A stretch of DNA of 64,000 nt from Mytilus trossulus (taxonomy: Eukaryota): positions 61,566,001 through 61,630,000 of the forward strand of contig NC_086378.1 of NCBI RefSeq assembly GCF_036588685.1. The letters are read 5' to 3'. This document shows positions 24,251 to 39,300 of this stretch, in pieces (positions within the stretch are counted from its first letter, which is position 1; each line of letters starts with the position of its first letter). A program made the position numbers and the translations under genes. Under the pieces are notes generated by a model, which did no database searches, was not told the origin of the DNA, and worked only from the letters and a program-made list of their open reading frames with translations.

Positions 24251-25339
24251 TATATATACATTACAGACCTAGCAGCTAGTATGAGATAAATTAAAACATA
24301 CTCAGTACTAAAGAAACGTATATTTTGTCACAATCATTAAAATGGTATGCAAAAATACAAATCAACATGGAATGAACATAGATATATGATGCAAAACAAT
24401 GTTTGATTAAAGAGAAACAAAGTGTACTATTAACAAATTTTGGTACAACACTGGGTGAAACAATACCATTAAGTTCAGTAATTGATTGAAGTCCAACCTT
24501 GCAGTATACCAGTAACACTATTGGTTTCTCATTTACAGATTATGATCTTACGAGAATCGGGCACCAAACAAAAATGATCGAGGGTAAATCTGAATTTCTT
24601 TTGATAAACATTTTGCCTATTAAGAAGGTTAGAATATTATGTATAAAATGATAGACACAAACGTTTCAGGTATTTTAATAGTTATGTTCCTTAGAATACG
24701 CATATCACGTAAAATCGTTGATAAATCAACTTAAACAACACGCTTGTCCAATATAAAAAAAGAGGAACAAAATGCATGCTGAAAAAACATCAGAAAACAC
24801 TGCTCTGTCATGATAAGATAATAACATTTCAATGGTATTTGCAAACGTACTTGTGATTTGAAAAATAAAACTTCATAACTATGATATGTTACTATTTTAC
24901 CCCGAAATGATGAACGTTCAGAAATTAAAGAAAATAGTTTCTTTGTTATTTTTCTCGTCTCATAACGGAAAATGATTGATGGTCCATGATATTTAGAAAT
25001 ATTAAAAACAAAATGATAAATCATTTTAGTAACGAATCACTTATACTGGGTTGGAATTTTTCGTGCCAGTGGGAAATAACTTAATCTTTTTCAACGAATT
25101 GTTTTTTTATCAGTTTGAAAGTAAAGATAGATTTAGATAGAATGTTTTTCAAAATCCCAATTCCATAATGCATTATTGATTGAAACAATCCATTCATAGA
25201 ACAATGTTTAAAAAATCACTTCGTTTTTTTGGTATCATAAATGATAACAGATAATTTTTAATGATACACCAAAAGAAAGGCATAAAAAATATAAGAAGTT
25301 AATTGCTTTGTACAGAATGTATACAGCTTTCATCAAACT

Positions 25340-28300
25340 TCACAAAATGAAGCACGTGTCATTTGATTTTGCTGCCAAAAGATTCAATCCCCATTCAGTA
25401 GGCGCTTCTTGAAGGTCACTCACGCAGCTGCTTGTTGCGTTTGGTGAGGCAACAGTATTGTCAGCTCCAGGCAGGATATTGTTAGAACCAGATCCACCTA
25501 TCCATTGGTAAAATCCTCTGTCGTTGTTAAATACAGTACCAACAAGAATATCATCATTGATATCTAAAACCAGACAAATATTATACATATATCACAATCT
25601 GATTAAAATACAGTTAGCCAGTGTCTACGCTTTGATAACACTCAATCCTACTTTCAGTTCTGACGGCTATTAAATCAACCAATGAAAGTTCTGCTTACAA
25701 ATTTCTACAGGTGTGCAACATTACGACAAAACCAAAGGATCCCAAAATGTCGTTAAAATACAAGGTAGAACGGAGCGTTGTCCGCGGATATTTGTAAGTA
25801 TGGACGCAGGATATGTATTTAAATTAAATTGTATAATTCACATTCTTCGCGATTTACAAACGAAAATATAGATTTTCTAAATTGGATTTCTATGTAGTTT
25901 CACTAGGAATATTAAAGGGGTTTCCAGTCTTATTTTTTGTGATCGAAGTTTTATTAGATTTTTTTCCCCTCTGTTTCGATAAAAAGGCTGGGCTCTTAAT
26001 CTCTGATACCCACCTCGGATTAATAGGTTTCAAACACTGTTTCAGTCACTATGCAAGTATTGTTAATTTTCACGAATAATATAAGTATACATAAATATAA
26101 TTCATATATTGAATACATATAATAATGTCAGATATTTAACGTGCGTTTTACTGTGTCATTTGGTAAATCGAGATTCGTTCACATCTAAATTACATATTTT
26201 GACAATGGTTCTCAATTCCCGTCCAGTATCAGTTTACCTTGAATCGTTCCGATTTTCTGAAAATACTCATCAACTTCGCTGGTACCGGCTTCCTGAAATT
26301 ATAAAGTATAATCATGGCTAATTATAGAACGAGGCAGAGACAATGTTCACAAGACGTAAATCATAAATCTTCGTTAGCATCGGAACCAAAACCTCTGAAA
26401 ATTAAAGCGTAATCTAACACACCAGTAGCGCAGATACAATACTATTAAACTAAATAAGTTATTGAAATCAAGTGGGAGTATTGAGATACAGTGTAGTTCT
26501 GAAAATTACTCTTTGAGTGTAGAAATCTCCTCTAAAGTTGTTTAGAGACATAACACAATATAAGATTCACCGATGAAATGCATAAATGCCGACAATTTGT
26601 TAAAAGTCTAACCCCACCTATAATATACTTCTCCGCTTATACTAAATCAACATTTCACTTACTAGTAAGTCACATGCTATACCAGTCACAAGATTCAAGA
26701 AATTGAAATACGCTATCTTCTGATTTTCATTTAAACGAAATAACAAACACTGATTAAATGTGGTTGCAAAATTTAAAGATTTTAAAGATTTAAATGTCTG
26801 AGAAAATGTAAAAAAGAGGGTCCATTTCTAACATTTTAAGGCTTTTCCGGAATTTGAAAATTGTTTGTAGATCTTTGTAGGCGTTTACATTATTAATTCA
26901 ACATGTCAAAGTAGGAACTTAATACAGCTTTTTTCATAGATCTAAAAGCCAAGAAGAAAATGTATTATTAAGTTTTCGAAGAACTTAGCAACACACATAA
27001 ACATTTAGTTTTCAAATTTCAAATACTATATCATAAATCAATATTGCTCTTAATAATTGATGAAATAAAACAAAAGCTTTGATGTCATCAATACTATAAT
27101 TTTTTTTTGATATTGACAAATATATTTGAGTTAACCATCATTGTTGATAAGCACATAAAACATGTGTCAATTTCACATTTTTTTTTAAATCAGATGTAGG
27201 CTAAGTTTTATGGAATGTTTGAATGATAACTCAATTATTTTACCAATTTTTCGAAAAGTCAAATTCGAATAACAAATATGACTGTCATGAACAAACGACA
27301 ACCACGGAGCCACATATACTTAATTTGAAACAGGCACATACAGAACATGTCGTGGTTGAACATGTTTATATTACCATACTGATAATGGAAATCGGGAATG
27401 TGTAAAAGGGAAAACAACTCGACCAAAGAGTCGACCAATATATTGCCCTATGATTATTTAATTCTTGTTAAGAAAGTTCGCTATTCAGTTTCAAAATAAA
27501 AGCTTTTCATAACACTAGTATATATTGATAGGGGACTAATAAAGAAACCAAAAGAGAGAAAATTAGCCATTTAAATTTTGGCGGGAAATGTCCCCCTTGC
27601 TTTTTCTTAGCTTTATCATTGACAAGTTTAAGTTCTCAAAAACTATTAATAAATAACAAAGATTTTATAAGAATTTTAGATGGCTTGTAATTAAACATGT
27701 AAAAGATCTATAAAAAAGGGGGATCAATGTGTATTTTTTAAAGGCATTCAATTCGATAAAACCAGAGCATTCCGAAAATCTGACAAAAAAAATCCAAAAC
27801 TTGACAAGCGAACATCCGATCTGCCTAAGCCTGAACGTAAACATCTACACATCAATTTGTATAAAAGATCAACCACACTGTATCAGCTTATAGTGGTTCT
27901 GTTAATATTTTTTTTAACAGAAAACTAATTCATATATTTTTAGATTTCCCAGTGAAATTTTCAAGGCCTGTTATTTTTTGGCGAAAAGTAGGTCACTAGA
28001 ACTAAAATTGATCTGTACGTTATCCATCATTATACACTAATGTTAAAGGCAAAATAAAAAAAAATGTCCTGACAACTGTTTAATTTCAAAAGCGAGCGGA
28101 CACAGAAAAGAGACATTAAATGCTCTGGCCACTAACACTTATACAAGCAGGAAAGGGGTACGCAGGTAAACTGTTATGTGACAAACAACTTTAGGGGTTA
28201 GCTGAAGGACGCCTCCGGGTGCTGGAATTTCTCGCCACATTGAAGACCTGTTGGTGACCTTCTGCTGTTATTTTTCTGTGGTCGATTTGTTGTCTCTTTG

Positions 28301-29713
28301 ACACATTACCCATTTCCATTCTTCTCTAATATCTGGATAAGTTGTGAATCGTAAATTTTTTTGCCACCTTTGGTAGGTATGTCAGATGCATACTAAGAAA
28401 ATAAGATTATCTGAGAGTAAGTTTTCAGGTAATATTAAAATGACTAGGATTACAAATAACGAACTTACTGGCTCCACAACTGTCCAGTTCACATCGAAAT
28501 AGCTTTGGAAGAAACAAGTCTTCTCTCCAGCTAATATAATCCATCCTTCAAAACATGTGTCCTGCAGTTCATCTGAAATAAATCTTGGTCTACAAACTGT
28601 TGTTTTATCGTTTCAAAATGACAAATATTAGAATATGAAAGTAGGAGATACCCAAGCTTTTATATCAATATCTTGTTATTCGTTTGCTTTTATTTCGATA
28701 TTCTAAGTTAACATGTAACACGTATTCTTTAAAACCCATGTTACGAGTTTTCTCTAAGTATTGGAGTTCGTACGTATGTGTTAAATTGCATTACACACCG
28801 TAATAGGATGAATCTTTCGTTCCATATGAGGCCTCTCTTGTCAACACACAATGTATCACTCCGTTTTTTCGTTATTTGTGTCTACATACCAGATGCATAA
28901 CACTTCATAATTTTTTATAAATTTTCTTTCTATGGTCTGTAAAGAGTTGGATATCTGACATATACTCAACAAATTATGTGATCTGTTGTTCTGAGTGTTA
29001 GTTGTGTCGTTTCCTATATTATTTATGCAATAACCATAATTTCTACAGATATTTGCAAGTGATCTTCAACATGTTCAAATTTATCGACAATCCTTGTTTG
29101 CATTTCGAGTTGTTATATTCTTGAGCACAATCATAAGGATATTAATCTCAAATAACCAAGCTAATAATTAAGTCTTTAAAAAATAGTAGTTTTTATAAAG
29201 CGGAGCTGCAGAAGTTTCACACAGAAAGACTTGATCTGTGCAGGCCTGTCATGTGATTTTAGTTATAATTTTATAAAAAGTAAAAATAAAGTTTTATCAC
29301 AGCGTACATTGAATTATATTTGAAAATCACAATAGTACTAATACGTCTTACTTAATATATACGATACACATTTATTTTTTTAAGGTTTAATCTAAATATA
29401 TAATTTACACATCTTGACCATTTTAGTTTCTTTCGATTATTTTTGTGGAAGGTATTTCCCTTCGAAGTATAAACGCATTAAAAAATCTATAGAACTTACT
29501 ACTACTTCCAACAGAGCTTGTTGTGCAATTTTCTGTGCATTTATTCTGAATTATAAAATGAATAATCATCATTAACAATATTCCCACTATATATCCGACC
29601 AGCATTGCAGCAAGGACATCTCTTTGTCGTATGCTCTTCTTCTTGGGATCTTCTGTTTTGCTTGGATCTTCCAAAGATCGAGACGTCTCACCAACTTTGT
29701 TAGTCCCCATCAT
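25340..29713 (-). CDS. Type II transmembrane C-type-lectin-like protein (~198 aa), degenerate, possibly a pseudogene
   Basis: Phase-compatible exons: 29713-29500 (tail + TM VLAAMLVGYIVGILLMMIIHFII), 28572-28469 (DTCFEGWIILAGEKTCFFQSYFDVNW, CTLD start), 26292-26238 (EAGTSEVDEYFQKIG), 25563-25340 (ILVG..GFYQWIGG..SCV..EWG). The expected terminal FCE lies in a shifted frame. Confidence 0.6.
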
Positions 29714-30386
29714 TCTCCTTTAAAACTTTCAAGAAATGTTCTAAAATACGTCTTTTCAAATAATAAATTATTCAAAGAAATCAATAATAAATAGTAGGAT
29801 TATATTACACAGTCGATTTCTTTCCAGGAATTAGAATCCCGTCTTTATAAAGGTATATTTAAAAATATGTAGAGTATAATAAAATTTCAAAACATATGAA
29901 ATTCTGTAAAATATCTTATTATTTAAACAAAAAAATGAACACAAATGCAAAAACATCTTTAGTTTTCCATACTGGGAATGAACAAAACGATTATATAACA
30001 TATCTTTTACAGTAAAGACGCTTCCGTAAACAAATGATAAAGCTAATACAAATTATCAAATATTGTAAAAACTTCATAATCGATTCTATCGACTTTGAAG
30101 CTGCTTAGTGTGATAGATTTGAATGAATAGATAAACAAGTCTTTAGGGTTCAAATTTTGTGTATATAAATTTGTGTGTTCAAAAATTGAACAATAAACAA
30201 TGTATATTCATAGTATATATTAAACATAGGATTTAATTCCTAAAAATTAACAGCAATGTAAAAATCTAAGAATCTAGAATGAATGTTAATGATACAATGA
30301 TTATAAGTATATAATTTTGATAACTAGCTTCATTTGTTTTCACAATTATGTACAACAACGATATAAGTCACTTTTGTGCAGGATAA

Positions 30387-33300
30387 TCAGTTTCTGTCAT
30401 AAGGAATCTGCTCATATTTACTGTCGGTCAGTGAATCTCTATTATGTCCTGTGTTTCCTTCATCTGCTTGCCCTGAAACAACACCATCAAAATCAGAATG
30501 TAAAACAAAGGAAATAGAAAATGTGTCTAAAAGACAACAACCCAACCAAAGAAGAAAGCATATATATATATATAATTACACACATTATAAAAGTAAAAAC
30601 TAACTCGAACAAAACATTCAAATTGACGTTTTCTTAAGACATCTTTACAATTTTGAAAGACCTACATTATAACAGGACTACTTTAGATACAACTCATCGC
30701 TGTATGTCCACCATTACAGGATATCACATCCGTACCCGTATAATTTGAATGTCGCATCAGAACACGTTTACTGCAATGTCTGATGCAATGCAAATGTGAT
30801 TGTTGTATGACGTCAATAGTTCAAGCATTTAAAAATCCTGGGTCAAGTGTTGCAGAATACAAAATAACATTAAGATTTACTGCCCGTTTGCATTTCAATT
30901 TGTTAAGTCATTATTTCATATCTTTTACCTCTATGTATTTCTGAACTGTAAATAAAACAGATATTCTATTCTACATGCAAATAAGATAGTTCATACTTAT
31001 ATTCGCAATGACCATTCCAACTTCTTCATAAAACTGGGTATCAATTCGTCGTCTGGATACGGTACTATACAGACTAAAATAATAGATCAAAACATGTTAA
31101 CATAAACATATTTTCAAAGACATTGAAATCTTACAGGATCAAATTCAAACAATGAGGGGATGATGATTTCAATGTAGAAGCCGTACTTAACTGGAAAATA
31201 CGGACACTTAAATAACGTTCTAAAGCATTTGAACTAACATATGTTTTTTGTTATTGTGCATACAAGTAACACTAGTTGCTAAATACTAGTTGTTATTTTG
31301 TGGATGGCTATAGTTTTATACTATTTTGCTCTTTGTCATGGTTTTTCGTTTGATTTGTGTGTTTTGATTGTCCCATTATTGTCTTCTTCCCCTTTTAAAT
31401 TGTTTTGATTTATAAGAAATTTTCAGATCTCGCGTTCAAAAACTGTGAGCATTGTTTGATACAATATTAGTTATATTTTTTTTCGGTTTTCTATCATAAC
31501 CACATTAAGAGATATTTGATTTTTCTATAATGACTTTAATTAGACTAAAAGGGAGCTGATAGAAATCATGTTCCTGTGATTGATTCAAATAGAAATATTC
31601 TAAAGTGGTTGTTTTAATATCATTTACGGTATCAGTTTTATTGCATACATTTTATAAAAGATGTGTGTTCTGAGAATTAAAATCTCTTCAGTGACGATCG
31701 CGGCCAAAAATTTGAAAATTCAATTGAAGATATACCTTCATTTAGAAGATTTGGTTATAATGCCAAATATTTGATAGTTTCTGTTAAATTTCATAATATT
31801 GTTTTGACACAGTATGATCATTACTTGATGTCTTGTTATGTCATTGAGATGGTACTGCTGACATGTACACATATCTTCTTTAACTCATATTGCTTCCAAA
31901 TACATATTTGTTTTATAAAATTATCTATAACATATAGTTACCTCTTTTTTATTTGCCAAAATTTGTCCTTTTTACCTATATATGAAATAAAATATTTTTT
32001 AAACACTTATGTACAATTCAGAGAAGTCACACATTAATATTTTGCTATGCACTACAATTTGATTACTGTTCGTAGATAAGGTAATTACATTATGAAATTA
32101 AAATAGCAATTCGATCTCTGCAAAGAGAAATAATGATAACGAATTTTCTATTTATAAAATGTATTACTAGTAACTATATTATTCAATGATCGTTTTTCAG
32201 TCTAATCAGAAACGACCCTTTCTTGATATTCTTAGAATTCCATTTGCGATTATTATGATGTTTGTAGAACAAAATTCATTTGAATAATTTTCAAAATCTT
32301 TAAAAAAAAAATTCTCATAATATTTGATATAATGATACAATGTTTTAGTTTCTATCTATGCTAAGGTTCTCTTTTTATATCCATAACATGTAATGTTGTA
32401 TTGTATATTATTTAGAATTGAGACTTTAACTATAATCAATACATTCTCGTTTCTATTTTATAAGAGTATGCATATTCTCAACATTTAGTTTTATGAAATC
32501 AATCGATAATACGACTAAGTTCTTAGTAGTTATATTCATAAAAAATAGTAGTTTAAAATAGAAATTTAAAAAGTTAAAAAAAAGCAGATAAAAACATATT
32601 ACATTTGGTCTCAAATGTAAAAAATATTAACACTGAAACATTATCCATGCTCTCAAAGCTTCGATATTATTCCTAACTGACCACTGAAACGATTTTCCTC
32701 ATCAAACTTGCAATATGTAAAAATGTCAATCTTTTGCTATTGTAAACTTTTTAAAAAGATTTAGAATTAAGACAGCAATTGTACCATGTAAGTAAAAGGT
32801 CTAAACAATGTAAAATACCAATAGCATGTGACAATCTGCAAATTATTTCGAGATATTCAGCATACAAAATGAATTGTGATCTTGTTTGTATATGAATGCC
32901 TATACAAAGTCTGGAAAATGACAGTTGTTGTCAATTCGTTTGGTGTGTTTTTATCATTTGATTTTGCAATTTGACACGGGACTTTCTGTTTTGGATGTTC
33001 TTCGGAGTTCAGTGTTTGTTATTTTTTTTATGGTACTAAATTATAAGCCTTGTATATTTCATAAATATGTTTTTACATACCCCTGGTTGCTTTGCATATT
33101 GTAATGATCAGTCCTGCTATGAAAATTCCTGTTGCTATTATCAGTGAAATTATTAACACTTTGCGGACTGTGTTATCTGATAAAAAGATAAACTATGTTG
33201 ATATTATCGAAAGATAACCAAATTTGCATTCATCGCATATCAAAAGAAAAAAATCAAAAATACTTTTAAAAGAAATCGAAAGAGATGTTCTGAAGTATAC

Positions 33301-36300
33301 ATTTATTAGTTTATTTATATTCGAACTCTTTAAAACTTATTAGAACGATTATACTTGATATGTTGAACACATTGAAATATCACTAAAAATGTGGACCGAA
33401 CAAGAATTACACCCCAAAAAGATTAAAGATACCAGTAATGTAAAACAAATCATGAGGAGTGTATGTTTACGACATAAAGATTGCACAAACTACTTATCAA
33501 CAATCAATGTAACAAATGCTACTTTATAGTTAGTTACTATATGTTTACTATATTTTTTAACATACAAGACTAAAAAAGGCCAAAGGTTAAAACTAAACTA
33601 TTACCTTTGGCCTTTTTTAGTCTTGTATGTTTATTTTTTTTAAATTTTGGTTCATTAATATGTTATGTAGTTTAGTATGACGTACATTTCACTGACTTAG
33701 CACACATGTTTACGTGTGGGTCATCTGCATTGAATACCCAATTGTGGTTATCTGCTGTTATCTTGTTTGGTCGGGTTGTTGTCTCTTTGACATATTCCCC
33801 ATTTTCATTCTTAATTTTATGATGCACAGATGAAAATAAGCCGATGTTTTTGTATGTTTTACTTAAAGAGTCACATGACAAACAGATAAACACTAACTCT
33901 CGTAAAACAAACTTTCGAAATCACCTCCCATATACTCACCATTCTCTTCAAAAGTATGGGATGTTGAGAAAAGTGCAGTTTTCACAGTCAGGCGGTATAC
34001 AGACGTATCCACATCACAACCTGGTTTCAGATGAAGTGTTGCAACCTTTGCTCTCACAGGAACTGCAATGTCATGCATATTTACATGACTAGTAGCTGCA
34101 CCGATATTTTGTCTCTGACGTTCTGATGAATGCAACAATCTTCCATTTTTATACCAAATAATTCTTGCTTTTTCATCCAAAGAATAAAATTGGACACTCA
34201 GTACACATTCTGCCTCTGAATGATCTTTTATAATAGAGCTGTTTACAATAACGGGTGGCCCTGAAACAAATAAGTTGGTTAATGCATTTAAGTTGCCAGG
34301 GTGCATAATTTCCTCAACTATTGACATCTGACACAAAACAGTAATCTTTTCAAGTTTAAGGTTCTTGTGATCTTTATAAATTAAAGACCGAAATAAGAAA
34401 AATGAAAAGAAAAAAAGACGAAAAGGTCCACTCTGGAATGTACTGTTCTTAAAAAGTTATTTCTCTTTAGAAAAAAATCAGTCATTTGTTTTAAACATAT
34501 ACTTTCTTGGTAATATATAATTTTAATGTTCAAATAATATATGTGCATACTTATGTATACTATGGAATCGTTTATTTTCGCCAGTACATATTTATTTGTG
34601 TAATGAAAATTCTTGAATATTTGATTTCAAGTATATATTTAAAAAACCTTGACTTTTACCCTAAATAATGTGTGTACTGCGTTTAACATTCAAATTTGTG
34701 GTTTTCGTAGACTTAAAAGTTATGAAAGGTACCAGTATTATAATTTAATACGCCAGACGCGCGTTTCGTCTACATAAGACTCATCCGTGACGCTCAGATC
34801 AAAATAGTTATAAAGCCGAACAACTACAAAGTTGAAGAGCACTTAGAGTTTTAGATACTGGTATTACCGTCTGATGTGCAATTTAACCGAATTTTTCAAA
34901 TTCCCGATCGTGACTTGTTCACTGAATATGAGTCCGAATGACATTTGAAGCATGTACAACAGGAGATCTACACAGTTTTGCTCTTTTTGGAGTTCATGTG
35001 ATTCCCTCATTTTTTGTTTGTTGCCTTAATTTGCCCCTTGGTAATCGATTTACCAGATTTGAACATCGGTAAACTACAAAATCCACGAATATTTGTATTT
35101 TTAGAATAATAATGAATCCACAGCATTTGCTTAATCAGAAACTCAGAAATCAGAATTTATTATGCATTTATAATAACGAATTTTAAAGAAAGGACAAAGA
35201 TGCATAAATATTAATTGGGATTTTAAGAAAATCTTCATACAAGGTTACACACTGGATATCAAAGATCTGTAACACATTTTAAGTGAAAATTGATTTAAAT
35301 CATATAATGATTATAACAATGATAAATATATGTATAATTTCAAATCAATTCAAAGATTGGCTGGATTTTAAAAAAAAACCAACATTATAGTAAATGCTGT
35401 TATCAATAGTTGCAAATAATATGTTTACTTCAATTTTTGATAACAAAGTTTAAACGTGCAGCAAGTAGCGCAACTGTAAATGTAAAATATTTAATAGTCT
35501 CTACCTTATTTTTTTTACAACAGGGGGCGTTAAATAGATTTGTAACTGCAATGACAACTTCCCAATAGTGATTAGTTTAAAAAAAACCCAACTTGGATAG
35601 AACTTATATTTGAGGGTCACTGACATATATTTTTACAATACTGTAAAGAAGAATGCAAATTATCTGAACGATTTTTCAGCTAAATTGAGAAATTCACATG
35701 TTTTACATTATCTAGCAACTTTACCTGACCATATCGGGAAATAGGTATTTAGTCGGATCTTAACACGTACTTGTGATTTAGTTAAAACCGGTTTGATATA
35801 AATATACGAAGAAATGTCGAAATGTTCAGGACTTAACTAAATCCGTATTTGGGTAGGATGGTGCAAGCATATGATTTTTATTGTGTCTTACACTTTGAGA
35901 AGCGAATAATCTTTAACTACTTTATTCAAATATTGTGTAAAAACGTAAATTTTGAGCTTTGAAAGTCAAGTGGCTCGAGCATTTTTCTGAGGAAGTTTTA
36001 AAAAATTGCAAATAAATATTTTTACAGTAGGTTAGCTTTCATTAGTCTTCACCATCTATAGATTAACAACTTTTGGTTATATTTTATAATTTAGAATCAT
36101 CATTGAAGGTGGAGGACGTTTGCGCAGTTAATTATTTATATTTATGTGCCATTTGTTTGCAAGAGTGACATTCCGTTGTATTATGTGTCAATTCGAAAAA
36201 GTTATGCGAGTATTTTCTCCCCTAAACAGGTGCATTATTTGATAATTAAGTTTACGTTTCTGATATCATTTTGAATAATTACAAAATGTATCAGTTCAAT

Positions 36301-39300
36301 ATATTTCAGTTTTTGTTATTGGTGTATCAAAAACATTGATGTACGATATATAATTTCATAAATTTGAAACGTTTAAAATGATTACATACCAATATAAAGA
36401 ACAGTTTATCATTTTTGAAAAAGACTATGAACGAAAAAAATCGAATTAATTATCTGCTCTTGATGATAGATTGATTGGCAAATGAACATGCGTTATCTAA
36501 TGGTAATCACAGAGTGGGACCGGCGAGCAATTTTTAATTGTAGCTTATGTAACGTTAAAACAATTTTTCACTATAAACGAATGTTACTTTATACAAATAT
36601 AAGGTCTTAGTTAGCTAAATCTACAAATTTATTAGATATTATGATTTTTTATTGCAATAGATTAATATTCTTCATTATCATTGACTATGTCTTTTCGAAA
36701 AAGGATAGTCTTTGATACTAGTAGATAGTTTTTTCAACTAGGCCAAATACGGGAGAAAACTATACTAATTATTTTATTTTAACTATAAAACGAATTCTGT
36801 GACTTTCCTTCATTTGTTTTCTTTTTATTTTCTTAAAATATATTATAACAGTCAATATTTTATATTCTATTTTTAAGTTAATAGCCTTATTCTTTTTATC
36901 AACCCAAAACTGATTTTCCTTGTATAATCGTTACAAATTCTGACTGTATGGCACAACCTTTTGATAAAAAAGCGCTATGACCAATATGTTCTTGACAAAT
37001 TCTTAATATTATCACGTCGATATTAACTTCATGTTTTATTTACTTGAGACCCCCTTTCCCCTCCCTATCTACCAATTTGTATATTAGAAATCTTCGATAA
37101 CCTGGCACACTAAGAAAGACGGTTGAATTAAAAACGGTTGTGTTCTTCCTTGAATCAGTAACGATGCACGAGTAATTTCCTATATCTTCATATGTACAGA
37201 ATGGTATATGAATAGAAGTCTGTTTCCCTGTTGAAACTCCATCTAATTGAGATATTTCTACATCATTATAATGGTGAAACCACTTTCCAAAGTAAAAAAC
37301 GTCTGGTAAGTTATGGTCTTCACAGGTGAGTTTTATCTCTGAATTACTTTCACACACGTTATTACTATGTGATACATTATGTCCTTTGTCTGAAAAAGGA
37401 AAGAAGGAACAAATAAAATTGTCAGATGAACAATCCAGAGCCTACTTTACAATAGAATATTTACAATTTGGGATATTCCGAATTGTGATAATTAAAATAA
37501 TGAAAAAAATCAGGAAGCTGATCGGACAAATAATCAATTGATGAAAATCAAAGCATACAACAAATTCTATAGACAAAAAATGAAAAGGATGAAAAAATTT
37601 GTCCTGCATTTTTTTTTAGTTGTAATCTCTGCCCTGCCTTTTTATTTAACACTCCATCCGGTCCTGCTTTTTTTTTTTAGTTTATCCTGACTTTTTTTAC
37701 ATAAATTGTCATCCTGCCTTTTTTTGCATGTGTCTCATCCTGCCTTTTTTTGCATGTGTCTCATCCTGCTATTTTTTTTTTACTCAAAACCCCTGTCCTG
37801 CCTATTTTTTTTTCAAATTTCATCCTAGCCCCAACCCATAAAAATCAAATGGTAGCTCCCTAAGTTATCAATTTTCAACATATTAGCAGGTATATATAAA
37901 TAACACCGAACGATCGTTCATGGGGATATATTAGAGGTGTTCTGTTTCTCTATGAGATGAAGACCATATCATAAAAGTACCAGCCATTCAATATTGTTGT
38001 TATTTTATTGTTTTTATGCACATTTTCTAGTGCAGCAACTGAACAACAATTTACCTTTATTGTTATGGTTTTACGAAATTAATTGTTAAATGTTATTTTA
38101 TTAAAATGAAACGAATGAATTTAAATATTAAAGAAGATGTTTTTTTGAATTTGACTTCCGATAAGTTAAACTTCAATAATAAATGTGGAAAACACATTTC
38201 TCGATTTCACGATAAGACCTATCAGAAAGCAAAAACCTAAGTCCTATGTAGAAAATTGGATACTTCTTTGTCAAAGTTATAATTGTTACACTCGGGTTAT
38301 TACCTGTTATACTTGGTAATTAGTAAAAACTTACATGGAACTATGTGAATCTGCAGTATCGACTCTTTATCAGATTCATTAGCACTACATCTACATTTTG
38401 TGCCATCATCCTTTATGTCGGCAACAAAACTAGCTTTAATAAAAGCAGCCTCGTTTTCAACATCCTGTCTCATACTTGTTATATTCTCACATGATAAGTC
38501 CAGATTGGTCCGTTCGGATTCGGTGATATCGTAGCATGTCATATATACCAGTTTACCATCTATGAACTGTTCATCCATTTTCATCATTGGTGACATTTTG
38601 AAAATAACCCCTACAAAAACGATTCTATTAAAAAAAGAGCGTAAAGTATTAATTAAAATAAATATGCTCAATACATTTTGCGAAAATATTAAAAGTCCAT
38701 TCGATTCTAAACGGGATGGCTATTACATGATTATATCTGCGATAATAATACGGTCAATGTCAAAATTGAACATGGTACTAGTAGTGATCAACATAAGCGT
38801 CCATGTCAATATCGTTTTGTAAAATAAAAAATGGTTGAAAAAAAAACTCCGGTATTGCCATCCTTCTTTCATTCCGTTTGTGTCATTGGTGGACTATATA
38901 CATACAGTAAAATGTGAAAACCAAGAGTTATAAGATAAACATGAACAGTATTTCCCCTTATACATTTATTCATAATTATACACGTTTCATCTAAAATACC
39001 TTGCATATCAAAGTAAAATTCTGCTGTAAATACACCATTTGATACAACCATTCCATAAATAGTGCTTGGCAGGCAATCCACAAGATGAATGTTTACTTCC
39101 TGTTTAGTGGTTGGTTTGTCTTTCCTGTCAGGAGCGTTACTATATAATATGCTTTGCAGAAATTCAATCTTTGTGTTGCTTTTCAACAATGACTTTATTT
39201 CTATTTCTGGGAAACTCTCGAACGTTGAGGTAAGCATGCACAGTGTACTGTTTACTTGTTTACTACGAATTTTCTTCAGAGAGATCGGTCCTGTTAATAA

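Noticed and set aside
30910-30945. Alternative terminal exon of receptor A (IQKYIEVKDMK*)
   Set aside because: It needs a 51-nt intron and has no counterpart in paralog B, whereas exon 30472-30387 is conserved.
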